A stretch of DNA of 64,000 nucleotides from an uncultured Pelagibacteraceae bacterium (GCA_902613915.1 CACMJB010000003.1:15214-79213); one strand, 5' to 3'; counted from the first letter of the stretch, positions 9,776 to 20,253 are shown. The notes: generated by a model not told the origin, from the letters alone. Numbers and translations are program-made.

Positions 9776-10975
9776 CTTTAAATTTCCATCAATAGCTTCT
9801 AAAAATTGATTGGTAGTTAAATATTTTGTTGATTTGTCAATTAAGATAGCAAGGTCTTTTGTCATTGAACCACTCTCGACAGTTTCAACACAAACTTTTT
9901 CAAGAGTTGAAGCAAACTTAATAAGCTCATCATTGCTATCTAATTTACCTCTATGAGCTAAACCTCTTGTCCACGCAAAAATTGAAGCAATTGGATTTGT
10001 AGAAGTTTCCTTTCCTTGTTGGTGCATTCTATAATGTCTTGTAACAGTTCCATGTGCTGCTTCTGACTCAACAGTTTTTCCATCTGGCGTCATTAAAACA
10101 CTTGTCATTAATCCTAAAGAACCAAAACCTTGTGCAACGGTATCTGATTGAACATCTCCATCATAGTTTTTGCATGCCCAAACGTACCCGCCACTCCATT
10201 TCATCGCGCACGCTACCATGTCATCAATCAATCTATGTTCATAAGTAATTGATGCTTTATCAAATTTATCTTTAAACTCTTTATCAAAAACATCTTGGAA
10301 TAAATCTTTAAATCTTCCGTCATAGGCTTTTAAGATTGTGTTTTTAGTAGATAAATATACTGGCCATTTTCTCTCTAAACCATAATTCATACATGCACGT
10401 GCAAAATTTTTAATTGAGTCATCCAAGTTATACATAGCCAATGCAGTACCTGGACCTGTAAAATTAAATACTTCGAATTCTTTTTTATTTTTTCCATCTT
10501 TAGAAGTCCATTTAACTTCCATTTTTCCCTCACCAGGAATTAAAAAATCTGTAGCTCTATATTGATCACCAAAAGCGTGTCTTCCTATAACAATTGGCTG
10601 TGTCCAGCCTGGAACTAATTTTGGAACATTTTTACAAATAATTGGCTCTCTAAAAACAGTTCCGCCTAAAATGTTTCTTATTGTTCCGTTGGGAGATCGC
10701 CACATTTTTTTTAGTTTAAATTCTTCAACTCTTGCCTCATCTGGTGTTATAGTTGCACATTTTACTCCAACACCATGTTCTTTAATTGCATTAGCTGCAT
10801 CAATAGTTATTTGGTCATCAGTTTTGTCTCTACTTTCCATTCCAAGATCGTAATACTTGAGATCTATATCTAGGTACGGTTTAATCAGCTTATCTTTGAT
10901 AAATGACCATATAATTCTAGTCATTTCGTCACCATCTAGCTCAACTACAGGGTTTTTTACTTTAATCTTTGCCAT
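9761..10975 (-). CDS. icd: NADP-dependent isocitrate dehydrogenase (homodimeric, eukaryote-like type)
   Basis: '[16 protein letters not shown]', 'GTVFREPI' and 'HGTVTRHYR'. 404 aa. Confidence 0.96.
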   Translation of the reverse strand: MAKIKVKNPVVELDGDEMTRIIWSFIKDKLIKPYLDIDLKYYDLGMESRDKTDDQITIDAANAIKEHGVGVKCATITPDEARVEEFKLKKMWRSPNGTIRNILGGTVFREPIICKNVPKLVPGWTQPIVIGRHAFGDQYRATDFLIPGEGKMEVKWTSKDGKNKKEFEVFNFTGPGTALAMYNLDDSIKNFARACMNYGLERKWPVYLSTKNTILKAYDGRFKDLFQDVFDKEFKDKFDKASITYEHRLIDDMVACAMKWSGGYVWACKNYDGDVQSDTVAQGFGSLGLMTSVLMTPDGKTVESEAAHGTVTRHYRMHQQGKETSTNPIASIFAWTRGLAHRGKLDSNDELIKFASTLEKVCVETVESGSMTKDLAILIDKSTKYLTTNQFLEAIDGNLKKKLN

Positions 10976-11039
10976 AAAATATTAATTGATAATTAACGGT
11001 TTTTATACATATTAAGAAAAATTAGCAAATTAAATAATT

Positions 11040-11687
11040 ATGTTTAACACAATTTTTCCAAAGATACATAAAGAAGGATATAAATTCCTAGCGATTTCAA
11101 TTTTAATAACTTTTATAGTTTTGCTTTTCTCTAATTTTTTTGGATCCATTTTAATTTTAATAACTGTTTGGGTTTATTATTTCTTTAGAGATCCCGAGAG
11201 ATATTCTATTAATGACGATAAGTTTTTAGTCAGCCCAGCTGATGGTTTAATAACTGATATCTCAGAGCGTTCAGGGCCAGTGGAGCTAAGACTTGAAAAT
11301 ACTACATATACAAAAATTAGTATTTTTATGAACGTATTTAATTGTCACGTAAATAGAACTCCAATATCAGGAAAAGTTGAAGAGATATATTACAAACCTG
11401 GAAAGTTTTTAAATGCATCTTTAGATAAAGCAAGTGAAGAAAATGAAAGAAATTACTTTAAAATAAAAACTTCTAACGGTGAAGAAATAATTATAGTTCA
11501 AATCGCTGGATTAATAGCTAGACGAATTGTCTGTCAGGTTGAGCAAGATCAAGAATTAAAACAAGGTGAAAGAATTGGAATGATTAGATTCGGAAGCAGA
11601 GTAGACATATATTTTAAGAATAAAAATACTTTGGCTAAACTAGGTCAAAACGTAGTTGCTGGAGAAAGTTTAATTGCTGGAGTGTGA
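11040..11687 (+). CDS. psd: Phosphatidylserine decarboxylase proenzyme (short alphaproteobacterial type)
   Basis: 'VSPADGLI' and the self-cleavage region 'GMIRFGSRVDIYF'. 215 aa with an N-terminal TM segment. Immediately followed by pssA. Confidence 0.9.
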   Translation: MFNTIFPKIHKEGYKFLAISILITFIVLLFSNFFGSILILITVWVYYFFRDPERYSINDDKFLVSPADGLITDISERSGPVELRLENTTYTKISIFMNVFNCHVNRTPISGKVEEIYYKPGKFLNASLDKASEENERNYFKIKTSNGEEIIIVQIAGLIARRIVCQVEQDQELKQGERIGMIRFGSRVDIYFKNKNTLAKLGQNVVAGESLIAGV

Positions 11688-12475
11688 TGGAAGAAAATAA
11701 GAAGTTTAGATTAGTATCATCAAAAAAAACAAGATACTTATTACCAAATATTTTAACTTTAGCTGGAGTTTGTTTAGGAATCAGCTCTATTAAATTTTCT
11801 ATTGATGGAAACTATAGTCTAGCAGTAACACTAATTTTGATTGCTGCAATTTTAGATGCTTTAGATGGAAGAATTGCGAGATTAATTAAAGGAACATCTG
11901 AATTTGGAAAAGAATTAGACTCTTTAACTGACTTTGTAAGCTTCGGTATCGCTCCAGCATTTATTTTATATTTTTGGGAATTAAATAATTATGGTAAACT
12001 TGGATGGGCAATTACGCTAATTTATTCAGTTTGTTGCGTGTTGAGATTGGCAAGATTTAACTTAACTAAAATTGAAACATCAGAAGAATGGAAGAATAAT
12101 TTTTTCGAGGGGATACCTTCTCCTGCTGGTGGATTATTAATTTTAATGCCATTAATATATGAGTTAACTAACCTTAACTTTGGTTTTGATGTAAAAAAAG
12201 TTGTTCCTTATTTCACAATTTTAGTTGCAATAATGCTTGTGAGCAAAGTTCCTACTTTGGCTTTAAAAAGGATTTCAATTTCGCCTAAAACTACAGTTTT
12301 CCTTCTTTTGGGGATTGGATTAGTTTTTATCGCATTATTATTTTATACTTTAGAAACCCTTTTAGCTTTTGGATTAATTTATTTAATTTCAATACCAATA
12401 AGCGTAGTTCTTTTTAGAGCACAAAACAAAAAAAACTCAAAAATATCTGAAGAAAGCCATGAAGATATTTTATAA
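11687..12475 (+). CDS. pssA: CDP-diacylglycerol--serine O-phosphatidyltransferase
   Basis: CDP-alcohol phosphatidyltransferase motif 'DALDGRIARLIKGTSEFGKELDSLTD'; multiple TM helices. The track start at 11684 is GTG; the ATG at 11687 overlaps the psd stop (TGATG). Confidence 0.9.
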   Translation: MEENKKFRLVSSKKTRYLLPNILTLAGVCLGISSIKFSIDGNYSLAVTLILIAAILDALDGRIARLIKGTSEFGKELDSLTDFVSFGIAPAFILYFWELNNYGKLGWAITLIYSVCCVLRLARFNLTKIETSEEWKNNFFEGIPSPAGGLLILMPLIYELTNLNFGFDVKKVVPYFTILVAIMLVSKVPTLALKRISISPKTTVFLLLGIGLVFIALLFYTLETLLAFGLIYLISIPISVVLFRAQNKKNSKISEESHEDIL

Positions 12476-13101
12476 TGAAAAAATCAAAAAGAACCAAGAA
12501 AAGTAATTCTTGGAAAATAAAACAACATAGAGACCCTTATTTTAAAAAATCAAAAACTTTAGGTTATAGATCTAGAGCATCATTTAAATTAATCGAGTTG
12601 AATGAAAAATACAGGTTTATAAAGAAAAACTCAAATCTACTAGATTTAGGCTCTTATCCAGGAGGTTGGTCCCAGGTTGCTAGCAAAATAATCACCAATG
12701 GAAAGATATTATCTATTGATATTAAGGATATGAAGCCAATAAATAATGTAAAGTTTGTAAAAGCTGATATTTTACAAAATGACACCAAAGACATCATAAT
12801 TGCTTTTTTTCAATCAAAACTAGACATAATAGTTTCAGATATGGCTGCTGATACCACTGGAAATAGATCTTTAGACTCAATAAGAACAAATCAATTAAGT
12901 GCAGAAATTATTAACCTGTCAAAGGATATGCTTAAACCCAAAGGTGTATTAGTTTCAAAGGTATTTATGGGCGAAGATTTTATTGAAGTAAAGAATCTTG
13001 CAAAATCTATATTTAAAACGGTTAATTTTTTTAAACCTGACTCTAGCAGAAGTGAGTCAAAAGAAACTTATATACACTGCGATACATTAAAAACTTTATA
13101 A
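12475..13101 (+). CDS. rlmE: 23S rRNA (uridine2552-2'-O)-methyltransferase RlmE/FtsJ
   Basis: 'YRSRASFKLIELNEKY', 'DLGSYPGGWSQV' and 'VSDMAADTTGN'. The start overlaps the pssA stop (TAATG). Confidence 0.93.
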   Translation: MKKSKRTKKSNSWKIKQHRDPYFKKSKTLGYRSRASFKLIELNEKYRFIKKNSNLLDLGSYPGGWSQVASKIITNGKILSIDIKDMKPINNVKFVKADILQNDTKDIIIAFFQSKLDIIVSDMAADTTGNRSLDSIRTNQLSAEIINLSKDMLKPKGVLVSKVFMGEDFIEVKNLAKSIFKTVNFFKPDSSRSESKETYIHCDTLKTL

Positions 13102-13127
13102 ATTACAATAATCGTATATAAATTTAT

Positions 13128-14207
13128 ATGGTATCAATAAAAGAAGCCTTAACCTTTGATGATGTTTTAATGCTTCCACGCTTTTCGTCAATTCTTCCTT
13201 CGAATACAGATATAAGCTTAAAACTAACAAATAATATAAAACTTAAAGTTCCATTTTTATCCTCTGCGATGGACACAGTTACCGAAAGCAATATGGCTAT
13301 AGCTATGGCACAAGAAGGCGGGATAGGAGTAATACATCGAAATTTAAATATACAAAAACAGTCATCAGAAGTAAAAAAAGTTAAAAATAAAAAATTGTTA
13401 GTTGGAGCAGCAGTAGGTACAAATAAAGAAGATTTTGAAAGAGCCAAAGCATTAATAGATAGCGGAGCAGATATAATCGTCATTGATACCGCTCATGGCC
13501 ACAGTAAAAAAGTTTTAAAAACTTTGTCAAAATTAAAAAAAATTAAAAGTAAAATCCCTTTCTGTGTAGGAAATATTGCAACAGGAGAAGCTGCAAAAAA
13601 ATTATATAATTCTGGAGCCGATATTATTAAGGTTGGTATAGGACCAGGATCAATTTGTACTACAAGAATGGTAGCTGGTATAGGAGTCCCTCAAATTTCA
13701 GCTATAATGGATGTAAAAAAAGCATTAAATAAAAAAAATATTAAAATAATTTCTGATGGTGGTATAAAATTTTCTGGTGATATTGCTAAAGCTCTAGCAG
13801 CAGGTGCAGATGCGATAATGATGGGGTCTATATTTGCAGGCACAGATGAAAGTCCAGGTAAAAAATTTAAAAGTGGAGGAAAAACATTTAAGCAATACAG
13901 AGGAATGGGATCTATAGGTGCTATGTCTGCTGGCTCAGCAAATAGGTATTTCCAAAGTAATTTTAAAGATAAATCTAAGTTTGTACCAGAGGGTGTTGAA
14001 GGAAGAGTAGAATATAAAGGAAAGGTATCTAAAATAATTTATCAATTACAGGGTGGATTAAGATCATCTATGGGTTACATTGGAGCTAAGTCTTTAAAAG
14101 AGATTAATAAAAAAGCAAAATTTGTTAAAATTACCAAAGCAGGTTTTTATGAAAGTATGGTACATAGTGTGGAAGTAACTCAAAAATCAAATAATTATAA
14201 ATTATGA
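13128..14207 (+). CDS. guaB: IMP dehydrogenase lacking the CBS/Bateman subdomain
   Basis: '[11 protein letters not shown]', '[11 protein letters not shown]' (catalytic Cys), flap 'RYFQ...[14 protein letters not shown]' and '[12 protein letters not shown]'. Only 359 aa: '[17 protein letters not shown]' joins the two catalytic halves where the ~120-aa CBS pair normally sits. Confidence 0.9.
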   Translation: MVSIKEALTFDDVLMLPRFSSILPSNTDISLKLTNNIKLKVPFLSSAMDTVTESNMAIAMAQEGGIGVIHRNLNIQKQSSEVKKVKNKKLLVGAAVGTNKEDFERAKALIDSGADIIVIDTAHGHSKKVLKTLSKLKKIKSKIPFCVGNIATGEAAKKLYNSGADIIKVGIGPGSICTTRMVAGIGVPQISAIMDVKKALNKKNIKIISDGGIKFSGDIAKALAAGADAIMMGSIFAGTDESPGKKFKSGGKTFKQYRGMGSIGAMSAGSANRYFQSNFKDKSKFVPEGVEGRVEYKGKVSKIIYQLQGGLRSSMGYIGAKSLKEINKKAKFVKITKAGFYESMVHSVEVTQKSNNYKL

Positions 14208-14626
14208 AAACAATAGTTTTTAAATTTACATTAATTTTTTTTCTTTTAATAAATTTTTTACATGCTAAGTCTGAATATTTTAGTGAGGGGATTAACTTAT
14301 ACAAAAAAGAAAAATTCAAAGAAGCTCAATTTAAGTTTGAACAAGAAATTGTTTTCAATCCTAAAAGTGAGTTGTCATATTTATATTTATCAAAAATTTT
14401 TAATAAATTAGATAAAAAAGACTTAGAGGAACAGAATTTAAATACAGTGATGTTACTTAACCCTAAAAATGAGGAAGCTATATACAACTTAGCTAAACTT
14501 AAACTTGCCTCGTCTGACTATAAAAAAAGTAAAGAATTAAATAATATACTTAGTTCAATTTGTAAAAAATTTTGCAACAAAAATAGTGAATTAAAAATTG
14601 AAATTGAGAATTTATCTAAGAAATAA
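14204..14626 (+). CDS. Small secreted TPR-like protein (hypothetical)
   Basis: Signal peptide 'FTLIFFLLINFLHA', then TPR-like helices ('GINLYKKEKFKEAQFKFEQEIVFNPKSELSYLYLSKIF', 'NPKNEEAIYNLAKLKL'). The start overlaps the guaB stop (ATGA) and the stop abuts the guaA ATG. Confidence 0.6.
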   Translation: MKTIVFKFTLIFFLLINFLHAKSEYFSEGINLYKKEKFKEAQFKFEQEIVFNPKSELSYLYLSKIFNKLDKKDLEEQNLNTVMLLNPKNEEAIYNLAKLKLASSDYKKSKELNNILSSICKKFCNKNSELKIEIENLSKK

Positions 14627-16186
14627 ATGCAATTTCATAAAAAGAGAGAAAAAATATTAATTATTGATTTTGGTTCTCAGGTTACAAAACTAATTGGAAG
14701 AAATATTAGAGAGCTTGGAGTTTATTCAGAAATTTTAACTATTAAAGATTTTCAAAAAGTTAAAGAATTTCATTTAATAAAAGGAATAATCTTGTCAGGA
14801 GGACCATCATCTGTCACTTCGAAGAACTACCAAACAATATCAAAAAAAATATTTGAGAAAAATATACCAATTTTAGGTATTTGTTATGGTTTGCAACTCA
14901 TAGCTAAATTATTTGGAGGTAAAATAAAACCTTCAAGAGGCACAAGAGAATTTGGTAGAGCCTATTTAACAAAAAAAAATCATTCACAGCTAACAAAAAA
15001 ATTTTTTAAAAAAAAAACAACAGTTTGGATGAGCCATGAAGATGCAGTTATAAAATTGCCAAAATCTTTTAAAATTATTGCCTCAACTAAAAACTCCAAA
15101 CTAACAATAATAGAAAACACTCAAAAAAAAATTTATGGCGTACAATTCCATCCTGAAGTAACACACACAGAAAACGGTAAACAAATATTTAAAAATTTCA
15201 TTTTTTCAATTTGTAAAATTAAAAAAAATTGGAATGTAAGTTCACAAAAATTAAGACTTATTAATGAGATAAAACAAGAGGTCAAGAATGATAAAGTCAT
15301 TTGTGCATTGTCTGGCGGTGTAGATAGTAGTGTAGCCGCCTTACTAATTAATAAGGCAATAAAAAAAAATCTGATTTGTATAATGGTTGACACAGGACTA
15401 ATGAGAAAGAATGAATTTAAAAGCTCTTTTGATATTTTCAAAAAAAAATATAAATTGAACGTAAAACTAATTAATACTTCAAAAATTTTTATTAAAAAAT
15501 TAAAAGGTGTCACAAATCCAGAAAAAAAGAGAAAAATTATTGGAAATTTATTTATTAAAGTTTTCGAAAAAGAAGCAAAAAAGTATAATAATATAAAGTA
15601 TTTAGCCCAAGGAACGCTTTATCCAGACATTATTGAAAGTAGATCTTCTACAGGCAGCAAAACATCGAAAATAAAATCTCACCATAATGTAGGGGGTCTT
15701 CCAAAATTAATGAAATTAAAACTTATTGAACCATTAAAAGAATTTTTTAAAGATGAAGTAAGAGTTTTAGGCAAATCATTGAATTTAGTAAATGAAATAA
15801 ACTATAAGCATCCATTTCCTGGACCAGGATTAGGTATAAGAATTGTGGGAGAAATTACTTTAGACAAAATAAAAATTCTTCAAGAGGCAGATCATATTTA
15901 TATTGAAGAACTGATTAAAAATAATCTTTATGATAATATCTGGCAAGCATACGCTGCATTATTACCAATTAAAACAGTAGGTGTAATGGGAGACTCAAGA
16001 ACATATGAATATATTTGTCTACTAAGAGCGGTCACTTCAAATGATGGCATGACTGCAGATTATTACAACCTCCCAAAAAATTTTTTAGATAGAATATCAA
16101 ATAAAATTGTGAATAATGTAAAGGGAATAAACAGAGTAGTATATGACATTACATCTAAACCACCAAGTACTATAGAATTAGAATAA
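14627..16186 (+). CDS. guaA: GMP synthase (glutamine-hydrolysing)
   Basis: GATase 'GICYGLQL' and 'VQFHPEV'; ATP-PPase '[10 protein letters not shown]'; C-terminal '[12 protein letters not shown]'-like '[13 protein letters not shown]'. 519 aa. Confidence 0.97.
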   Translation: MQFHKKREKILIIDFGSQVTKLIGRNIRELGVYSEILTIKDFQKVKEFHLIKGIILSGGPSSVTSKNYQTISKKIFEKNIPILGICYGLQLIAKLFGGKIKPSRGTREFGRAYLTKKNHSQLTKKFFKKKTTVWMSHEDAVIKLPKSFKIIASTKNSKLTIIENTQKKIYGVQFHPEVTHTENGKQIFKNFIFSICKIKKNWNVSSQKLRLINEIKQEVKNDKVICALSGGVDSSVAALLINKAIKKNLICIMVDTGLMRKNEFKSSFDIFKKKYKLNVKLINTSKIFIKKLKGVTNPEKKRKIIGNLFIKVFEKEAKKYNNIKYLAQGTLYPDIIESRSSTGSKTSKIKSHHNVGGLPKLMKLKLIEPLKEFFKDEVRVLGKSLNLVNEINYKHPFPGPGLGIRIVGEITLDKIKILQEADHIYIEELIKNNLYDNIWQAYAALLPIKTVGVMGDSRTYEYICLLRAVTSNDGMTADYYNLPKNFLDRISNKIVNNVKGINRVVYDITSKPPSTIELE

Positions 16187-16977
16187 TGAACTCTAAGATT
16201 AAAAAAATCCTTTTAAAAAAAAATAAATCTAAAATTGTAAGTTTAACTGCTTATTCAAAAAGTTTTGCTAAAATTTTAGATAAATACTGTGATATAATTT
16301 TAGTAGGAGACTCCATGGCTAATGTTCTTTATGGCCATAAAAATACTCATAAATTAAATATGAAAAATATTATTCAGCACACCCTAAGTGTAAAGATGGG
16401 TGTAAAAAAATCTTTGTTAGTCGTAGATATGCCAAAAGGAAGTTATAGCAATTCAAAAAAAGCATTGAAAAATGCAAAATTGATTATAAATCAAACAAAA
16501 GCTGATGCTGTTAAATTAGAAAGCAACAACAGCAACTTTAAAATCATAGAGCTTTTAGTAAAAAAAAATATCCCAGTGATGGGACATATTGGTTACACAC
16601 CTCAATTTAAGAAAAAATTTAAAATTGAGGGTCTTTCTGAAAAAGAAACTTACTCTCTATTAAAAGAAGCAGAGTCTATTGAAAAAGCAGGTGCTTTCTC
16701 TATTGTCTTAGAATGTTTAACTACTCACGCTGCTAGGCTTATATCAAGTAAAATATCAATTCCAACAATTGGCATAGGTTCTTCTTCCTATTGTGATGGT
16801 CAAATACTAGTTACAGATGATATGATAGGTTTAAGTGGATTTTACCCTAAATTTATCAAAAAATATGCAAATTTAGAAAGAATAATTGAAAAAGCTACAA
16901 AAAAATATACTAGAGATGTAAAATTAGTAAAATTTCCCTCTAAAAAAAATTTTTTAAATGGACCAAGATTTAGATAA
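16186..16977 (+). CDS. panB: 3-methyl-2-oxobutanoate hydroxymethyltransferase
   Basis: 'LTAYSKSFAKILD', 'ILVGDSMANVLYGH', 'VVDMPKGSY' and 'VKLE'. The start overlaps the guaA stop (TAATG). Confidence 0.9.
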   Translation: MNSKIKKILLKKNKSKIVSLTAYSKSFAKILDKYCDIILVGDSMANVLYGHKNTHKLNMKNIIQHTLSVKMGVKKSLLVVDMPKGSYSNSKKALKNAKLIINQTKADAVKLESNNSNFKIIELLVKKNIPVMGHIGYTPQFKKKFKIEGLSEKETYSLLKEAESIEKAGAFSIVLECLTTHAARLISSKISIPTIGIGSSSYCDGQILVTDDMIGLSGFYPKFIKKYANLERIIEKATKKYTRDVKLVKFPSKKNFLNGPRFR

Positions 16978-17464
16978 AAAAATAGATTTTAAAATAAAAT
17001 TAATTTCTATTTTTAAAAAACATAAAATAAAATTTATCTCATTAACTACTATTGTATTGATTATTTTAGTCACTTTTTTTGTTTTCATTGAAAAAAAAAA
17101 AAGAAAAAACGTTTTGCTTGCTGAGAAATATATTAAAGCTGGAATTCTATTATCTAATGAAAAGATAAGTGAAGCTAAGAATTCTTATGAAGAGATTATT
17201 TTCGAAAATAATGAATTTTATTCATTGCTAGCTCTAAATCAAGTTCTTGAAAAAAAACTTATAAATAACAAATCAAAGATACTTGAGTATTTTTTAGAAT
17301 TAGAAAAGAAAACTACCTCTTCAAATTTAGCAGATTTAATACTTTTTAAAAAAGCACTGTATTTAATGAAAAATGATGAAATTGAATCTGGAACAACTAT
17401 TTTAAATAATTTAATAAACAAAAAGTCAAATTTAAAATCAGCAGCAGAAGAAATAATAAAATAA
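16958..17464 (+). CDS. Membrane-anchored TPR-like protein, YfgM-like by architecture and position
   Basis: Single N-terminal TM ('FISLTTIVLIILVTFFVFI') followed by a helical repeat region. It sits directly upstream of a BamB-like gene, as yfgM does in E. coli. Sequence similarity is weak, so the call rests on architecture and synteny. Confidence 0.5.
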   Translation: MDQDLDKKIDFKIKLISIFKKHKIKFISLTTIVLIILVTFFVFIEKKKRKNVLLAEKYIKAGILLSNEKISEAKNSYEEIIFENNEFYSLLALNQVLEKKLINNKSKILEYFLELEKKTTSSNLADLILFKKALYLMKNDEIESGTTILNNLINKKSNLKSAAEEIIK

Positions 17465-18787
17465 ATGAAATCATTATTTGCATTAAGTTTATTATTCATC
17501 ATAACTAGTTGCTCTTTTGATAATAGATCAGGAATTTGGCAAGACAGTCAGTCAATCAACAAAAAGGAAAAAGAAAGCTTAAAAGAATTTAAAAATATCA
17601 ATTTATCTAACAGAGTTTTTTTTAATAAAACTGTTGCAATAAATAAAAATTATAAATTTTTTTTAGATAAACCCAACAAGAATTTAGAGTGGAGCGATTT
17701 TTTTTATCAAAATAATAATATACCTAAAAATTTTAGTTATGAAAATTTAAACGAAATCAAATTCATAAGCAAAAGAATATCAAGATTTAAAATAAATCAG
17801 AATATTTTATTTGTAAAAAATATTTTAATTTTATCAGATTCTAATGGTAATATAATTACTTACTCATTAGCAGAAAATAAAATATTAAATAAATTCAACT
17901 TTTATAAAAAAAAAATTAAAAAAATAAAAAAGAAACTATATTATAAAGCAGAGAATAATATTTTATATGTTTCAGATAATATAGGATACTTGTATGCATA
18001 TGACATTTTTAAACAAAAAATTATCTGGGCTAAAAATTTTAAAATACCCTTCAGGTCTAATATAAAAATTTACAAAAATACTTTAATCGCTTCAGATCAG
18101 GACAATAATCTTTATTTTACTAATAAATTTAATGGCAATATAATAAAAAAAATTCCAAGCGAAGAGTCTCTCGTTAAGGGAGATTTTGTTAACAATCTAT
18201 CAGTTAATAAAAGTGTTTTTTTCCTCAATACTTTTGGAACTTTATACGCTTTTGATCCAGAAAGAATAGAATTACTATGGATCTTAAATATAAATCCTAA
18301 CATAGATGACAATTATAAAAATCTTTTTACATCTTTTGAAATAAAATCTCTAAATGATAATTTGATTATTCTTCACAATAATATTTTAGAGGTTATAAAT
18401 TCAAAGACTGGAAATTTAAGATTTAGGATACCAATCAAGTCAAATATCTCTCCAATAGTAATAAATAACTATATATTTATAATAACCGATGACAATCTAT
18501 TAGTAACAATAGAACTAAATTCTGGAAAAATTATTAATTCTTTTTATATAAATGAACAGATAAAAAATTTTAATAACGAAAAAATAAGTAAACAATATGT
18601 AACCGAAATGAAGATATTGAATAGTAAAATAAATATTTTTTTAAACAACAGTTACTTAGCCATATTTTCTTTAGAGGGCAATCTTTTAGAATTAAAAAAA
18701 ATTAAAAAAAAAATAAACTCTAAAATTATTTCAATTAATCATAATTTGATATATGTGAATAATAATAAAATAGTTATTCTTAATTAA
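17465..18787 (+). CDS. bamB: BamB-like outer-membrane lipoprotein (PQQ-like beta-propeller repeats)
   Basis: Lipobox 'LLFIITSC'. Repeated 'G.LYA.D......W' blades ('GYLYAYDIFKQKIIWAKNF', 'GTLYAFDPERIELLWILNI'). 440 aa. Confidence 0.65.
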   Translation: MKSLFALSLLFIITSCSFDNRSGIWQDSQSINKKEKESLKEFKNINLSNRVFFNKTVAINKNYKFFLDKPNKNLEWSDFFYQNNNIPKNFSYENLNEIKFISKRISRFKINQNILFVKNILILSDSNGNIITYSLAENKILNKFNFYKKKIKKIKKKLYYKAENNILYVSDNIGYLYAYDIFKQKIIWAKNFKIPFRSNIKIYKNTLIASDQDNNLYFTNKFNGNIIKKIPSEESLVKGDFVNNLSVNKSVFFLNTFGTLYAFDPERIELLWILNINPNIDDNYKNLFTSFEIKSLNDNLIILHNNILEVINSKTGNLRFRIPIKSNISPIVINNYIFIITDDNLLVTIELNSGKIINSFYINEQIKNFNNEKISKQYVTEMKILNSKINIFLNNSYLAIFSLEGNLLELKKIKKKINSKIISINHNLIYVNNNKIVILN

Positions 18788-20253
18788 GAAATAGATTTAA
18801 CACTTAATAATGAAAGTTGATTTAAATTTGATTTTTCTAAATTATCTCTTGGTTTAATAGGGTATTCTCCTGTAAAATAATGATCGCTAAACTGAGGATA
18901 GTCATTTTTTCTTTTGTCATTTATTAAAGCCTTGTACAAACCATCCAAACTTAAGAATTTTAAACTTTTACAAGTTATTATTTCACACATTTCTTTATTA
19001 CTATTTTTGTGAGCTAATAATTCAGATTTAGTCGGCATATCTACCCCATAGAAATCAGGGTATTTTATTTCAGGACAAGCTATTCTTACATGTACTTCTT
19101 TAGCACCACTTTCATATAACATTTTCACAATTTTTTTACATGTAGTTCCTCTAACAAGTGAGTCATCAATTAAAATTATTGATTTATTCCTAACAACAGA
19201 TCTTGTAGAACTTAACTTAAGCTTTACTCCTAGACTTCTTATATTTTGTGTTGGTTCTATAAAAGTTCTACCTACGTAATGATTTCTAATAAGACCTAAT
19301 TCAAATTTTTTTTTTGAAAATTCAGCATATCCTAAAGCCGCTGGAACTCCTGAGTCTGGCACGGGCACTACCAAGTCAGCTTTTATATCAGTTTCTTTTG
19401 CTAGCTCGATTCCTAAATTTTTTCTATACTCATAAGCACATTTATTATTAATTAAACTATCCGGCCTTGCAAAATAAATATATTCGAATACACAAGGTCT
19501 TGCTAATTGTTTTGGGAAAGGTTTTATAGAATCAAGTTTTCCATTTTCAATAATCACTATTTCACCATTATCAACTTCTCTAACAAATGTAGCACCAATT
19601 ATATCAAGTGCACATGTTTCTGAAGCGAATATAAATGAATTATTAAGCTTACCAATTACTAGAGGTCTAATACCATATGGATCTCTAACCCCAATTAGTT
19701 TTTTATTTGTCATCATTACTAAAGAGTATCCACCCTGAATTTGAAAAAGAGCATCAATCAATCTATCCAAAAACTTTTCTCTTTTAGATTTAGCTATTAA
19801 TTGTACAATAGTTTCAGTATCACTAGTCGTTCTAAAAATTGCACCTTCTTTCACTAAAATATCTCTTAGTAAGAGTGCATTGGTTAAATTTCCATTATGA
19901 GCAATACTCAACCCTCCCAAATACAAATCAGCAAAAAAAGGTTGTATATTTCTTAGTGATGTTTCACCTGTTGTTGAGTATCTATTATGACCAATTGCAA
20001 AACTGCCAGGCAATTTTTCAAGTGTTTTATTATCCGTAAAATGATCGCCTACTAAACCTTGTCTTTTTTCTGAATGATAGTTTTTTCCATCATAAGATAC
20101 AATTCCACATCCTTCTTGCCCTCTATGTTGTAGCGCGTGTAAGCCTAGGGCAACCATAGCCGAAGCATCTTTATGGTTAGATATTCCAAAAATACCACAC
20201 TCTTCTCTTAATTTATCAGATTTAAATTTTTTCAATTTTCTTTTTAGTATCAA
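18784..20253 (-). CDS. purF: Amidophosphoribosyltransferase (Fe-S, propeptide-bearing type)
   Basis: 'CGIFGI' N-terminal nucleophile preceded by a short propeptide, PRPP loop 'ILIDDSLVRGTT', and Cys residues in positions resembling the B. subtilis-type 4Fe-4S ligands. An internal TTG start is possible. The 5' end overlaps cvpA by 32 nt. Confidence 0.96.
   Translation of the reverse strand: MILKRKLKKFKSDKLREECGIFGISNHKDASAMVALGLHALQHRGQEGCGIVSYDGKNYHSEKRQGLVGDHFTDNKTLEKLPGSFAIGHNRYSTTGETSLRNIQPFFADLYLGGLSIAHNGNLTNALLLRDILVKEGAIFRTTSDTETIVQLIAKSKREKFLDRLIDALFQIQGGYSLVMMTNKKLIGVRDPYGIRPLVIGKLNNSFIFASETCALDIIGATFVREVDNGEIVIIENGKLDSIKPFPKQLARPCVFEYIYFARPDSLINNKCAYEYRKNLGIELAKETDIKADLVVPVPDSGVPAALGYAEFSKKKFELGLIRNHYVGRTFIEPTQNIRSLGVKLKLSSTRSVVRNKSIILIDDSLVRGTTCKKIVKMLYESGAKEVHVRIACPEIKYPDFYGVDMPTKSELLAHKNSNKEMCEIITCKSLKFLSLDGLYKALINDKRKNDYPQFSDHYFTGEYPIKPRDNLEKSNLNQLSLLSVKSIS

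Noticed and set aside
13124-13483. Antisense ORFs over 100 aa inside guaB (13124-13483), guaA (15133-15513), the RND exporter (21104-21457) and the AsmA-like gene (54262-54627).
   Set aside because: All are nested within stronger opposite-strand genes. They have hydrophobic or low-complexity translations typical of AT-rich antisense frames, and there are no independent signals.
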